Assembly (NCBI RefSeq): GCF_001194135.2
Contig: NC_068997.1
Span: 41,553,390-41,599,097, forward strand
Source of the DNA: Octopus bimaculoides
Taxonomy: Eukaryota
Direction of reading: 5' to 3'
DNA: 45,708 bases
Shown: positions 1 through 11,799 of the stretch, piece after piece
How the letters are laid out: each line of letters opens with the position of its first letter
Position numbering within the stretch: position 1 is the stretch's first letter
The notes under the pieces: model-generated
Databases searched by the model: none
Told to the model about the DNA's origin: nothing
The model's input: only the letters and a program-made list of their open reading frames with translations
Program-made: the position numbers and the translations under genes

Positions 1-73
1 GATAACTATTAATTTCCAGTACCGCTGCCGTAGTCTCCTTTAGAGAGACTTAGAAATATTAATAACTCTATAT

Positions 74-104
<31 letters not shown>

Positions 105-114
105 CATATATATA

Positions 115-213
<99 letters not shown>

Positions 214-283
214 AGAATCATTAATGATTTTACCAGGCGATCAGCGCGGAAATAAAAACCTCATAGGTAAATTTTACAAAATA

Positions 284-456
284 TTTTATAATTATGTACA
301 TAATTATAGCAAGGGATTGGTTATATGCCTCACCACACACTGTAAAAATAGACAGAGATTTTAAGGTAGTTATAGTGTCTTTTGGTGTCTATTTTTACAG
401 TGCATGGTGAGGCATATAGCCAATCCCTTGTTATAATTATGTATATAATTATAAAA
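284..456. repeat. Fold-back / MITE-like inverted repeat
   Basis: 71-bp arms at 284-354 and 386-456 are reverse complements with about 5 mismatches, around a 31-nt spacer. Confidence 0.85.
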
Positions 457-550
457 CATACATTTATATATATAGATATAATTTAGTATACATAGTATTC
501 AAATATGAGCAAGTAATAGGTTCATGTTCTGGAAACACAATTCAGAAGAC

Positions 551-698
551 TTATATATCATGACTTATGTCTCCAAGCAATTCTTCTGACTCGGATAAAC
601 ATGGCTGGTCTAATCTGAAAAATGATTTTTTCAAATAAAACTAGCAATATGTATTTGAGCCTGGAGGATTGCTTGGAGACACAAATCATGATATATAA
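551..698. mobile_element. Small MITE-like element with ~35-bp terminal inverted repeats
   Basis: ttatatatcatgacttatgtctccaagcaattctt (551-585) pairs with gaggattgcttggagacacaaatcatgatatataa (664-698); the ends are TA-rich. Confidence 0.7.
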
Positions 699-851
699 AT
701 TATATAAATCTACTGAAATATTGTGCTTCTACTGCATGAAACTATTAGTAGCTCATATTTAAATACTGTATGTAGCAAATGGCATTTATCTCTCAATGGA
801 TGGAATACTTTTTTTGTTGATATTACTAATAATAGAACAGTAGGTAAAATA

Positions 852-904
<53 letters not shown>

Positions 905-1142
905 ATATGCATACATACATACATACATACATATATTTGTAAAATTAGAAGTGTGACACTGAAGTACTTTAGTAAGTGATCTAGTGAGATTTTTTTCACC
1001 AATACAGTTGATGCGTGCAGATATGTATGTATGTATGTATAGATAGATAGATAGATAGATAGATAGACAGAAGGATGGATGGATGGATGCACTCCGCTCT
1101 ACTTCAAATATCAAATTCAAATATGTAAGTGTATGTGTGTGA

Positions 1143-1187
<45 letters not shown>

Positions 1188-1541
1188 CACACATCTATAT
1201 CTAGCTATCTATCTTGCAATTTATCTAACAATCTTTGTGTGTGTGTGTGTAAATATACATATATATATATATATGCATGTGTGTGTATATGTTTTGTGTG
1301 TGTGCGTGTGTGTGTGTGTGTGCGTGTGTGTATCTATGTATATATTAACAGTTACAAGATACATCTCATGGTTGTTTCGGTAAACAGGGCTTCTTGTTAG
1401 CATTGAGAAAATAAATGGCTTCTTTCTTGCAGAATGCTTACTGGACTGAATGGCTGCTGTTACACACACACACACACACACACACACGCCACGTAAACAC
1501 ACGCACACACCATACATATACATACATATACATACATATAC

Positions 1542-1586
<45 letters not shown>

Positions 1587-1889
1587 TATACATACACACA
1601 CACATACACACATGCACACACACGCACACACACTCACACATATATATATCATATATTTCAGATGTTTATTGATATTTATTGCTATAAATATCAATATCAA
1701 TATAGTCAGAGATATATAAGTGCATATGTACATATATGCAAGCAAACAGATCAATGCAACTGATGCAGCACCCACCAACACCCACCATATAGACACAGTG
1801 GTATTTATACCAGCTCAGTTACACATATATACATATGTGTGCATATATGATGTAAAAATATGTGCTTCAGTGCATAATTATATGTATTC

Positions 1890-2110
1890 TGCTATTCTTT
1901 TATTCTTTTCTGCCGTTTGACTGCAGCCATGCTGGAGCACTGCCTTGGAGGGTCTTTAGTTGAACAGATTGTTCCAGGAAGTTACTTTTTAAGCCTAGTA
2001 CTTATTCAGTCAGTCTATTTTGCCAAACTGCTAAGTTATGGGGGCATAAACACCAGCACTGGTTGTCAAGCAGTGATGGACGACAAACACAGACACAAAG
2101 ACATACATAC
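1890..2110 (-). mobile_element. SINE family A, 3' half
   Basis: Reverse complement of the ...GGTGCTCCAGCATGGCCGCAGTCAAATGACTGAAAC tail seen in the full copy at 43546-43958. Confidence 0.8.
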
Positions 2111-2150
2111 ACACAAATAGATATATACATACATATATATATATACATAT

Positions 2151-2616
2151 ATGTAAGGATAAGCAAGTTAGGCAGGTCAGTATACAAACAAAGAATATTT
2201 AATGCATTAAATACAAATGAAGTATATAGGTTTACATATAAAAAGGTCCAACTTACACAATAGAAATGGTAGCAAGAATTAAAGGGGTTGAAGAAAAGTA
2301 TTACAAATCCAAAAGCTATTTCTGGGGGCTCAGTAGTCCAAAAAATGATTGTAAAGGGTTTCCATAATCAGATGATATGGGCCTCCGTCTTCAGGGAAGA
2401 AATCTTACATTTGTGGTGTTGCCTGATAGGAGATTCAAGATGGGATGATGAGCTGTTGGATTTGTAATACTCTTCTTCAATCCCTTTTAATTCTTGATAT
2501 CATTTTTATTTTATGTAAGTCGGACCTTTTTATATGTAAACATACATACTTCTTTTATATTTCATGTAGTTAATATTCTTTGTATATCAACCTGTCTAAC
2601 TTGCTTTTCCTTACAT
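2151..2616. repeat. Long fold-back element (~165-bp arms), possibly PLE-derived
   Basis: Arm 2151-2318 (atgtaaggataagcaagttaggcagg...ttacaaatccaaaagct) pairs with arm 2451-2616 (agctgttggatttgtaa...cctgtctaacttgcttttccttacat), around a ~130-nt spacer. Confidence 0.85.
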
Positions 2617-2916
2617 TTACTCCTCTAGCTGCTCAAGTCTAAACCTTTCGAGCACTACTAAGTGTATTCTATATGGAGAACATCTGATTCTTATCTATAT
2701 ATATATATATATATATTTACTTACATATATACATGTACATGCATATGTACATGTATATACAATATAGACACGTGTAAATGTGCAATGATATATATATATA
2801 TATATATATATATGACTATACATGTGTGCGTGTGTATCATATATATAGTATACATATATGAATGTATACAATATATATGTGTGTGTGTGGGTATGTGTAT
2901 GTGTGTGTATATGTGA

Positions 2917-2949
<33 letters not shown>

Positions 2950-3133
2950 NNNNNNNNNNGTATATATTTATATATATATTTATATATACATATATATGTA
3001 TATGTATATGTGTTTGTGTGTATTAAATGTAATATTTATGCAATTTTTTATAGATATATATATATATACATATATCTATACATTTATATATAAATGTAAT
3101 ATATATAAATGTGTGAGTGTGTTTATACTCAGA

Positions 3134-3198
<65 letters not shown>

Positions 3199-3224
3199 NN
3201 NNNNNNNNCACACACACACGCATG

Positions 3225-3255
<31 letters not shown>

Positions 3256-3331
3256 GTACGCAATGCACTCATGTATTTTGTATATTGCTCAGTGATCTGA
3301 GATATTGATTGTTTTACCTTCCTCCTTACAG

Positions 3332-3443
3332 ATGAGTGCCTCAGATTACGAGCGGCAGGTTTGAACTCACATCTGATCAATATCTTTATTCCAAAGTGTG
3401 AAGAGGATGGCACCTACACAGCAGTACAATGTCATGCAAATGG
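3332..3443 (+). CDS. Internal coding exon, N-terminal half of a thyroglobulin type-1 (Tg1) domain
   Basis: Polypyrimidine acceptor ttttaccttcctccttacag ends at 3331; donor GG|gtaggt at 3444. The 112-nt exon (phase 1 to phase 2) reads xECLRLRAAGLNSHLINIFIPKCEEDGTYTAVQCHAN(G), matching the Tg1 C...F.P.C..DG.Y..VQCH pattern. Confidence 0.9.
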
Positions 3444-3880
3444 GTAGGTGCAATCAATTCTTTATACAGTAATCTATAAACTTGTTTAGCTGGATAAATA
3501 TTCTTTCTAAATTTTCCTTTTGTTTAACATCTGTTTTCCTATTGGGAAGCAAATTTGAGGCAGTGTTTTACAGATGAATCCTCTTCCTGTTGCTAACCCT
3601 TCTTACTGGGTTATCATCTAAAGGGGATTTTTATTCCACAAGTTTTCAAAAGTGCAGAGCACAGCCAGTTGCAATGTCAATGATGCATAGTTGCATCAAG
3701 ACTTATATACATTGGAATATGGACATATACATGCAGATGGACACACACAAACATAATGGATTTCCTACAGTTTTGATCTATCATATTTACTCACAAAGTA
3801 TTGGTCATCTTTTACTCACCTTCTTAACCATACAGCCTTGCCTATGTCATAGCTCTGCCTTTCTCTCTCTCTCCATATTA

Positions 3881-4079
3881 GAGATGGCTGTGTGGTAAGA
3901 AACTTGCTTCATAACCACATGGTTCTAGGTTCAGTCCCACTGCATGGTAACCTGGGTAAGTGTCTTCTGCTACAACCTCAGGCCTACCAAATCCTTGTGA
4001 GTGTATTTGTCAGATGAAAACTGAAAGAAGTTTGTTGTATACATGTGAATGTGTGAGTTGTGAGTGTGTGTGTGTGAGT

Positions 4080-4131
<52 letters not shown>

Positions 4132-4335
4132 TTTGTGCCTGTGTATGTCCCCCATCACTGCTTCACGACCAGTATTGGTGTGTTTACATCCTCGTAACTT
4201 AGTGGTTTGACAAAAGAGATCCAATAGAATGAGTACCAAGCTTACAAAGAAAATAAGTCCTTGGGTCAATTCGAGGCAGTACCCCAGCATGGCTGCAGTT
4301 CAGTGACTGAAACTAGTGAAAGCTAAAATGATAAA
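3881..4335 (+). mobile_element. SINE family A, near full length, with internal (TG)n
   Basis: Head GGCTGTGTGGTAAGAAACTTGCTTC...GGTTCAGTCCCACTGC, internal microsatellite, and tail CCAGCATGGCTGCAG..TGACTGAAAC. Confidence 0.85.
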
Positions 4336-4589
4336 AATAGCCAGACAAACAGACAGACAGATAGAAAGATAGATGCTTTTCAAGCCAAAACAATAAGAAA
4401 TAGTACAAGATGATGAATTAAATTTTTAACTTAGACTTCAACATTTCTAGTTTAGGACCCTTCTTTCTTAAGGAAATCTTTAGAAAATAACAATCACCTG
4501 TAAAACCCTGCTTCAAATAAGTTTCCCTACAGTATCTGTTAGCAACAAAACAAAGATTCCCAGTAAAGGGAATCCTAACACTGAAATAT

Positions 4590-4990
4590 GGTCTCTTGCA
4601 ACCACACACTTCCGTCAGTGTTACAGTGTTTTGATCCCATCGGTGAAGATGCTTTCATTCTGTTAGTCAAAAAAATGTCATCAATAGCAGATATAACATC
4701 ATTATCACTGTGATGTTGGTTCCCAGCCAAATGATTTTTCATGTTGGGGAACAGATGTTAGTCCAGACATTCAGATGTGGGTGAGTCTTCAAGACTCCCC
4801 CACTTAAATTTAGCTGCCCACTTTTGTATTGCTGATAAAGCTGGAGCATCATCCCCTAATGTTGCAACCCTGTCAGAATGAATGTCCTTGGAGGCTAAAC
4901 CCTTTTTCTGTAGATACAGGACAACACTATGATGCCAAATATTGTCAGTGTTCATGAGAAGTTGCTAATAGTTACTTTTGAAGTCTTCTG
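4590..4990 (-). mobile_element. Internally deleted mariner transposase relic
   Basis: The minus ORF HSVVLYLQKKGLASKDIHSDRVATLGDDAPALSAIQKWAAKFKWG is a mariner N-terminal HTH. It is followed by C-terminal-like HLFPNMKNHLAG...DNDVISA...FTDGIK sequence. Confidence 0.75.
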
Positions 4991-6256
4991 GAAATCACAT
5001 GTTAGTTTACCTAGAAAGAAACAATGCAGTTATTGATAATAAGCATTGAAATTAACGCACATAAGATTACACAGCTCTAGTATCACTCCTTCATAGTCAG
5101 CCTATGAACTTTTAAGCCCACCATTATTAATGTATATGTATATAAATTTATATCCAACTTAATGTGTACATTGTGTTAGAACACAGAATACTGCATTATC
5201 TTGAGAGGATCTTTCATATGGAAGTATGTGGCATAGAACTCATCATTCTATCATTGGCAGATGAGAATAGTTTGCTATGGGCACCAGGACTACCATATAA
5301 CATGGTTACATCCTGCCAGGTGTTGTAAATGAATATCCATGTTAAGTTAGATATATAAATTACCTTATGGTATTATAATACTGCTTCTGTCACTATTAAT
5401 TTTCTATACATATATATATGTATATATACACACACACACACATACATATATATATACACACACACATACAAATATACATACATATATATAAAAACTCACT
5501 TTTCTCATGGAACTGCTGTCGCTTATCAAGCAATACCATCCATGCAACATCATGTGACCCTCCTTGTCCAATTGCAGCCCATCTCCTAGTAGCCATCTTG
5601 GACTTTCTGTATCTCTCCATTCACTCAGATATTCCATGAGCCTGATGGGACAGGCTCTGCTAGGGGCCCGTGAAACTTGAAGAAGAATGGAATCCAAATT
5701 ATGCTGTTTTGTGTATGCACAGGAAACCCTACTTTTGCCCATCAAGGGCTTATTTGCCCCATTATTAGATTATTTTCTTTAGTCATTGCATGGTGATCAC
5801 TTATAAGCTTTTAGCTTATAAAATGCTATTATTATTATTTACAGAATTGTAAAAATCGACACTGCTTAACAAAAAACCATCGCACATATATATATATATA
5901 TATAATGTTTACAAATGTGTATAAGGAAAAGGGTACTCGGTACATGAAATGGAGAGTTTATTCGTGTCAAATCAATGGTTTACAGTATAGCAGCTTGGAG
6001 TGTGATGCATGTAAGATCTTCTGTATATGAGAGTGTCCTTACACATATATAGGAAATACTGAGTATAGCTGAAGTGACTCATCAACATTAGAAACAAACG
6101 TACATACAAACGCAAACACACAGATATGTGTGAATGTGCGTATGTAAAAGTGTGTGGATGCGTGCATGTAAATATATGTTTGGATGTGTGGGTGTAAACA
6201 TATACATAAATACATATATACTTATACATTTATGTATACATAGATAGGTAGGTAGG

Positions 6257-6291
<35 letters not shown>

Positions 6292-6757
6292 TCTTGTATA
6301 TGCATATATATGTTTGTTGTATATGTATATACATGTGTGTCTCTATGTGTACATGAGTTTGTATACATGTTCTTGAGAATATATTGGGAGGAATTTGATC
6401 AATATACACTTTGCATGTTTACACAGAACCACACTAAAATTACTGGAGCAGAAATTCACACACTTATCATATGTACATAGACACGCAGATACACACACAC
6501 ACACGCAGACACACACACACACACAGACACACACACATACATACACACACACAGACAGTTGCTAGGTACTTGCACAAATATATGCATGCATGCATTGAAA
6601 CATCATAAATTTTACTCATTTACATGGTTCCAGCTGGTTGGCCATGGGTGCATTGGGGCTCCAGAATCAATAAATAAATATATAAATAAGAATAGAGATG
6701 GGGAAGAAATAGAAATATGATTATCGTATGTGTGTGTGTGTGTATGTGTATGCCTGT

Positions 6758-6876
<119 letters not shown>

Positions 6877-7189
6877 GAGATACAGACATATATATATATG
6901 TATTATATATATGTGTGTGTGTGTATATGTATATATACATACATGTATATGTATATGTAAACACTAGTACAAACCAAAATGTACATATGCTTGTTTGTAT
7001 GTATGTATGTATGTATGTATGCATACACATGTATGCATGTATGTATGTATACATGTATGTATATGTATATTACATCAACTCCTAAATTACAATATGCATG
7101 TATATAGAAAGGCACATACATTGTTTTATCTCAAATGAATGAGGAAGGAAAAGAGTGCTCAATACACGCTATAATGGATATGTAAATTT

Positions 7190-7236
<47 letters not shown>

Positions 7237-7292
7237 GAATATATCATCATCATCATCAAGTCACTAGGGTACAACTCATTGCCCCTGGTCTC

Positions 7293-7500
7293 TGTGTGGA
7301 GGCACATGGTTTAGTGGTTAGGGCATTGGACTCATGATCGTGGATTCAATACCTGGACCGGGCAATGTGTCGTGTTCTTGAGCTAAACACTACATTCCTC
7401 TCCCTGCATGCATAAGCAATATTTTACACTCCGACATTTCAAAGAGGAACCACCAACCATTCTGCTGGTCCTACCAGGGTAGGCTTTTTTCCCCTAAATG
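7293..7500 (+). mobile_element. tRNA-head SINE (family D type)
   Basis: A-box-like TGGTTTAGTGG and B-box-like GGATTCAATACC, then GTGTTCTTGAGC as in the copy at 16555. Confidence 0.7.
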
Positions 7501-8761
7501 TGAACATTGAATATATACACCATACGGACTTCACACATAGAAGATACTTCCCCCCCCCCCNNNNNNNNNNNNNNNNNNNNNNNNNNNNNNNNNNNNNNNN
7601 NNNNNNNNNNNNNNNNNNNNNNNNNNNNNNNNNNNNNNNNNNNNNNNNNNNNNNNNNNNNNNNNNNNNNNNNNNNNNNNNNNNNNNNNNNNNNNNNNNNN
7701 NNNNNNNNNNNNNNNNNNNNNNNNNNNNNNNNNNNNNNNNNNNNNNNNNNNNNNNNNNNNNNNNNNNNNNNNNNNNNNNNNNNNNNNNNNNNNNNNNNNN
7801 NNNNNNNNNNNNNNNNNNNNNNNNNNNNNNNNNNNNNNNNNNNNNNNNNNNNNNNNNNNNNNNNNNNNNNNNNNNNNNNNNNNNNNNNNNNNNNNNNNNN
7901 NNNNNNNNNNNNNNNNNNNNNNNNNNNNNNNNNNNNNNNNNNNNNNNNNNNNNNNNNNNNNNNNNNNNNNNNNNNNNNNNNNNNNNNNNNNNNNNNNNNN
8001 NNNNNNNNNNNNNNNNNNNNNNNNNNNNNNNNNNNNNNNNNNNNNNNNNNNNNNNNNNNNNNNNNNNNNNNNNNNNNNNNNNNNNNNNNNNNNNNNNNNN
8101 NNNNNNNNNNNNNNNNNNNNNNNNNNNNNNNNNNNNNNNNNNNNNNNNNNNNNNNNNNNNNNNNNNNNNNNNNNNNNNNNNNNNNNNNNNNNNNNNNNNN
8201 NNNNNNNNNNNNNNNNNNCATACACACATAAATGTCGAACGATGAAAATGAATGCTGAACACCGCATTGGTGAATATAATTTCGTTATTTGTGAATTAAG
8301 ACTATCATCGGTTTCATGTTATGAAAAGTAGGAAAATATATCCTAGTGACTTAACAATATTTCAAGCCGATCACATGGAGAAAGATGTTCGCTTCCATTT
8401 TGGAAAACACCATCTTGTTTAGTTCGCGGAAATTCTCGTGAATTGTGTGAATAAAACAATGAATCAAAGGATGTTGCTCTTGGGTAGCATCTTTTGAATG
8501 TTTGTCACTCTTGGATTTGTCTTTTAGGCAAACTGTTATGTGGTCAATTTGTTTGCATTATTTTGTTTTTGTTCTCGGTGTGGTGTTCTTATACTTGCGT
8601 GCTGAGGGAGTTCGTCATTGGGGAATATTTCTTCTGTATGTGGAGTTTGTGTGCTATGTATGTTCAGATTTCACGTTCAGGAAAGAGGCTAGCATGGTGG
8701 ACTACCGTCGCAGATGGTGGCTATTTTTTGAAATATTTGAGTCTAAAATATTGTTTGTTTC

Positions 8762-8952
8762 TAAAATATTGCTTTGTTCCGAGCACGAACTCGTCATTAT
8801 CAACTCCCTATCCGACAAAAGACGACCTGGAAACACCCACAGTCTAAACACTGGCACATCCTCGACTACGTTCTGACAAGGTCCAGGGACAGACAAGATA
8901 TACGCATCACCTGTTCCATGCCTGGTGCAGATGACTGCTGGACAGATCACAG
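8762..8952 (+). mobile_element. RTE/BovB-type LINE apurinic endonuclease fragment
   Basis: Frameshifted LLCSEHELVI / KTTWKHPQSKHWHILDYVLTRSRDRQDIRITCSMPGADDCWTDHR, the typical TW.HPRSKHWH.LDY...TDHR motif. Confidence 0.85.
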
Positions 8953-8959
8953 ATATATC

Positions 8960-9340
8960 TCCTGAGAGTGACTTTATTTGAGTACCACAGGATGGAATAC
9001 CATGGACTATAATAACACCTTAAAATGAAGTTCTTACTTTTCCTTACCATGTCTATTACATTACATTACATTATTTTTTACTTTTACCTATTTTACTCAA
9101 TCTTATCTCATTTACACTACTCTATTATTCTAACTGAATTTCCCACGTATTAGTTCCCTAATATTTGTACTCTCTGAAGAAGCCTAGAGGCTGAAACATT
9201 ATCCAATCTCTGTCCAATGTTTGTCTATTCCTGTATATCACTGACGTGATTAGGATGACTTGGAAGATTCTGAGGCCTCATGGTAGAAACGGCCGTAAGG
9301 GATTTGTATCTGTACACTCATCTATTATTATTCATTCATC
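8960..9340 (+). mobile_element. Probable PLE terminal (pLTR) fragment with two hammerhead-like cores
   Basis: CTGAAGA-agcc-taga-ggct-GAAA at 9174-9196 and GAAA-CGGCCG-TA at 9286-9297. Confidence 0.45.
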
Positions 9341-9611
9341 TCTCTCTCTCTCTCTCTCTCTCTATNNNNNNNNNNNNNNNNNNNNNNNNNNNNNNNNNNN
9401 NNNNNNNNNNNNNNNNNNNNNNNNNNNNNNNNNNNNNNNNNNNNNNNNNNNNNNNNNNNNNNNNNNNNNNNNNNNNNNNNNNNNNNNNNNNNNNNNNNNN
9501 NNNNNNNNNNNNNNNNNNNNNNNNNNNNNNNNNNNNNNNNNNNNNNNNNNNNNNNNNNNNNNNNNNNNNNNNNNNNNNNNNTATATGTGTATATATATAC
9601 GTATATGCACA

Positions 9612-10005
9612 CGTACTCTTTTATTCTTTTTATTCTTTTACTTGTTTCAGTCATTTGACTGTGGCCATGCTGGAGCAGCACCTTTAGTCGAATAAATCGG
9701 ACTTATTCTTTGTAAGCCTAGTACTTATCCTATCGGTCTCTTTTTGCTGAACCGCTAGTTGACGGGGACGTAAACACACCAACATCGGTTGTCAAACGAT
9801 GGTGGGGAGAGGGACAAACACACAAACAACAAATACATACATACATATATACATATATATACGACGGACTTCTTTCAGTTTCCTAATGCATTCACTATCC
9901 GAGGCTATCGTCGAAGACACTTGCCCAAGGTGCCACGCAGTGGCAGTGAACCCGAAACCTTGTGGTTGGAAAGCAAGCTTCTTACCACACAGCCACTCCT
10001 GCGCC
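9612..10005 (-). mobile_element. SINE family A, near full length
   Basis: Reverse complement of head and tail; little-diverged copy retaining CpGs. Confidence 0.85.
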
Positions 10006-10164
10006 TATATATATTTTTTCTTATTTATTTATATACATATATATATTATATATATATTTAATATATATATATATATATATATTTAACATATATATATATA
10101 TATTTAACATATATATATATATATATAATATGAGTATAAATGTAGATATATATAGATAGATAGA

Positions 10165-10950
10165 TAAAAGAGGAATGTAAAAATAAATTACGAAGGATAT
10201 ATCGTAAACAATTCAAAATTGTTTATGAATATATCAGTGGCCAGAACACATAATCAAAGAATTCTTTTCATAAAAGAAGAATGTATAATTCTGAATAGAC
10301 CACAATTATAATGGAGAGAGTCGCAAAATCTTTACAAAAAGCCACTATAACCATTCATATTGTAGTGGTTATAGTGGCTTTATAGCAGTTTTGACTGCTA
10401 TTTCTAGACATGTAAGAGTTATAATTGTGATTTATTCACAATTATACACACTTCTTTTATGAAAAAAAATCTTTGATTGAATTTCTGGCCACAGATATAT
10501 TCGTAAATAATGCATATTTACATTCCTCTTTTATTATTTAATTTTTCACTCATGTCCAGTTTTTCGCTGTGGCTCGATTTACTGGTCTTTTCTCATAAAC
10601 GTTGCGCATGACGTTGAATTTCAGAATTTGAATGTGTAGATAGAGGTTAACACATCATTCTTCCCGGTCGGGACACATGTTAAGCACCAAAGTATGTTTT
10701 TTGTGCTAATTTGTATCTACAGAAATGTTCTCCTGATGAGAAGGGCGGAACCTTTTTGGTTCCTAACTTCGAAATTGCAATAAAGGACCAACCTTTTATT
10801 TAAGTTTTGAATGTTATGTCATGCCATCCGCCGACACCTTTATTGTGAAGAGATATAATAGAAGTGGTTACAGTGACTTTATAGCAGTTTTGACTGCTAT
10901 TTCTAGACATGTAAGGGTTTTACAACCCTCTCCATTATAATTGTGATTTA
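10165..10950 (+). mobile_element. Hammerhead-containing element with a 499-nt direct-repeat period and an inverted flank (PLE pLTR or retrozyme-like)
   Basis: Direct repeat agtggtta.agtg.ctttatagcagttttgactgctatttctagacatgtaag starts at 10364 and 10863. Inverted arms lie at 10165-10311 and 10419-10533. A hammerhead core lies at 10727-10788. Confidence 0.65.
10727..10788 (+). ncRNA. Type I hammerhead ribozyme-like motif
   Basis: gttctc CTGATGA gaag [ggcggaacctttttggttcctaa] cttc GAAA ttgcaa TA aaggac. Stem II is gaag/cttc with an inner ggaacc/ggttcc hairpin. Stem III is the palindrome ATTGCAAT. Stem I has one mismatch and one G-U. Confidence 0.7.
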
Positions 10951-11021
10951 TATATATATATGTGTGTATATATATATGTGTGTGTGTTTATGTATGTATG
11001 TATGTATGTAATTATGTATAT

Positions 11022-11240
11022 TTGTGTGTCGGTGTTGTCCCCACCACCAGCATCGCTTGACAACCGAAGCTGGTGTGTTTAAGTCCCCGTAACTTAGCGG
11101 TTTGGCTGAAGAGACCGATAGAATAAGTACTAGGCTTCCAAAGAATAAGTCCTGGGTCGATTTGTTCGACTAAAGGCGGTGCTCCAGCATGGCCGCAGTG
11201 AAATGAGTGAAACAAGTAAAAGAATAAAAGAAAAAGAACA
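11022..11240 (+). mobile_element. SINE family A, 3' half
   Basis: CATCGCTTGACAACCG...GGCGGTGCTCCAGCATGGCCGCAG...GAAACAAGTAAAAGAATAAAAG. Confidence 0.85.
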
Positions 11241-11249
11241 CACTCTTCT

Positions 11250-11307
<58 letters not shown>

Positions 11308-11419
11308 AATAGATAGATAGATAGATAGATACAGAGAGAGAGAGAGAGAGATACATAGATACATACATACATACATACATACATACATACATACATACAT
11401 ACAAACATACAGACAGACT

Positions 11420-11499
<80 letters not shown>

Positions 11500-11583
11500 C
11501 ATACATACACACACACGTGCGCACATACATATAGAATTAAAAACAGAAAAGCATAAATGCACAGAGATTTCGTGATTCAATTA

Positions 11584-11702
11584 CTTTCAACAGCTGTTTC
11601 GTTAGGAATAAACATGAATGATTCCACAAATACTTGATTTAGAAACAATATAAATCGATTTAAATTAGTCTAAAGCAATGCTTATTCTAAATCATCAGGA
11701 AC
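11584..11702 (-). ncRNA. Hammerhead-like motif with a long stem II insertion, in a PLE pLTR fragment (about 11535-11730)
   Basis: Minus strand reads gttc CTGATGA tttagaataag...~70 nt...tttattcctaac GAAA CAGCTG TT gaaag. Stem I is ttc/gaa, stem II is ttag-aataa/ttattcctaa, and stem III is the palindrome ACAGCTGT. Confidence 0.55.
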
Positions 11703-11799
11703 ATTATGGGCTGTGCTGATCATAGACCACTGTTGGTCTAAATACATGTAAGACAGTGGAGACCGTTAATCCCAACACATATTTTTTCTCTCTCTCCTT

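Noticed and set aside
1-70. Hairpin agtctc/gagact followed by GAAA
   Set aside because: There is no CUGANGA core or valid stem III; it is truncated by the window edge.
5490-5750. Minus-strand open frames ending at an AAA|GTGAGT donor-like site; CTGATGG...GAAAC on the plus strand
   Set aside because: No recognisable domain, no clear acceptor, and the hammerhead-like words lack a proper core and stems.
8225-8760. CpG-richer block upstream of the RTE fragment
   Set aside because: Probably a TE remnant, but I could not assign a family or a convincing translation.
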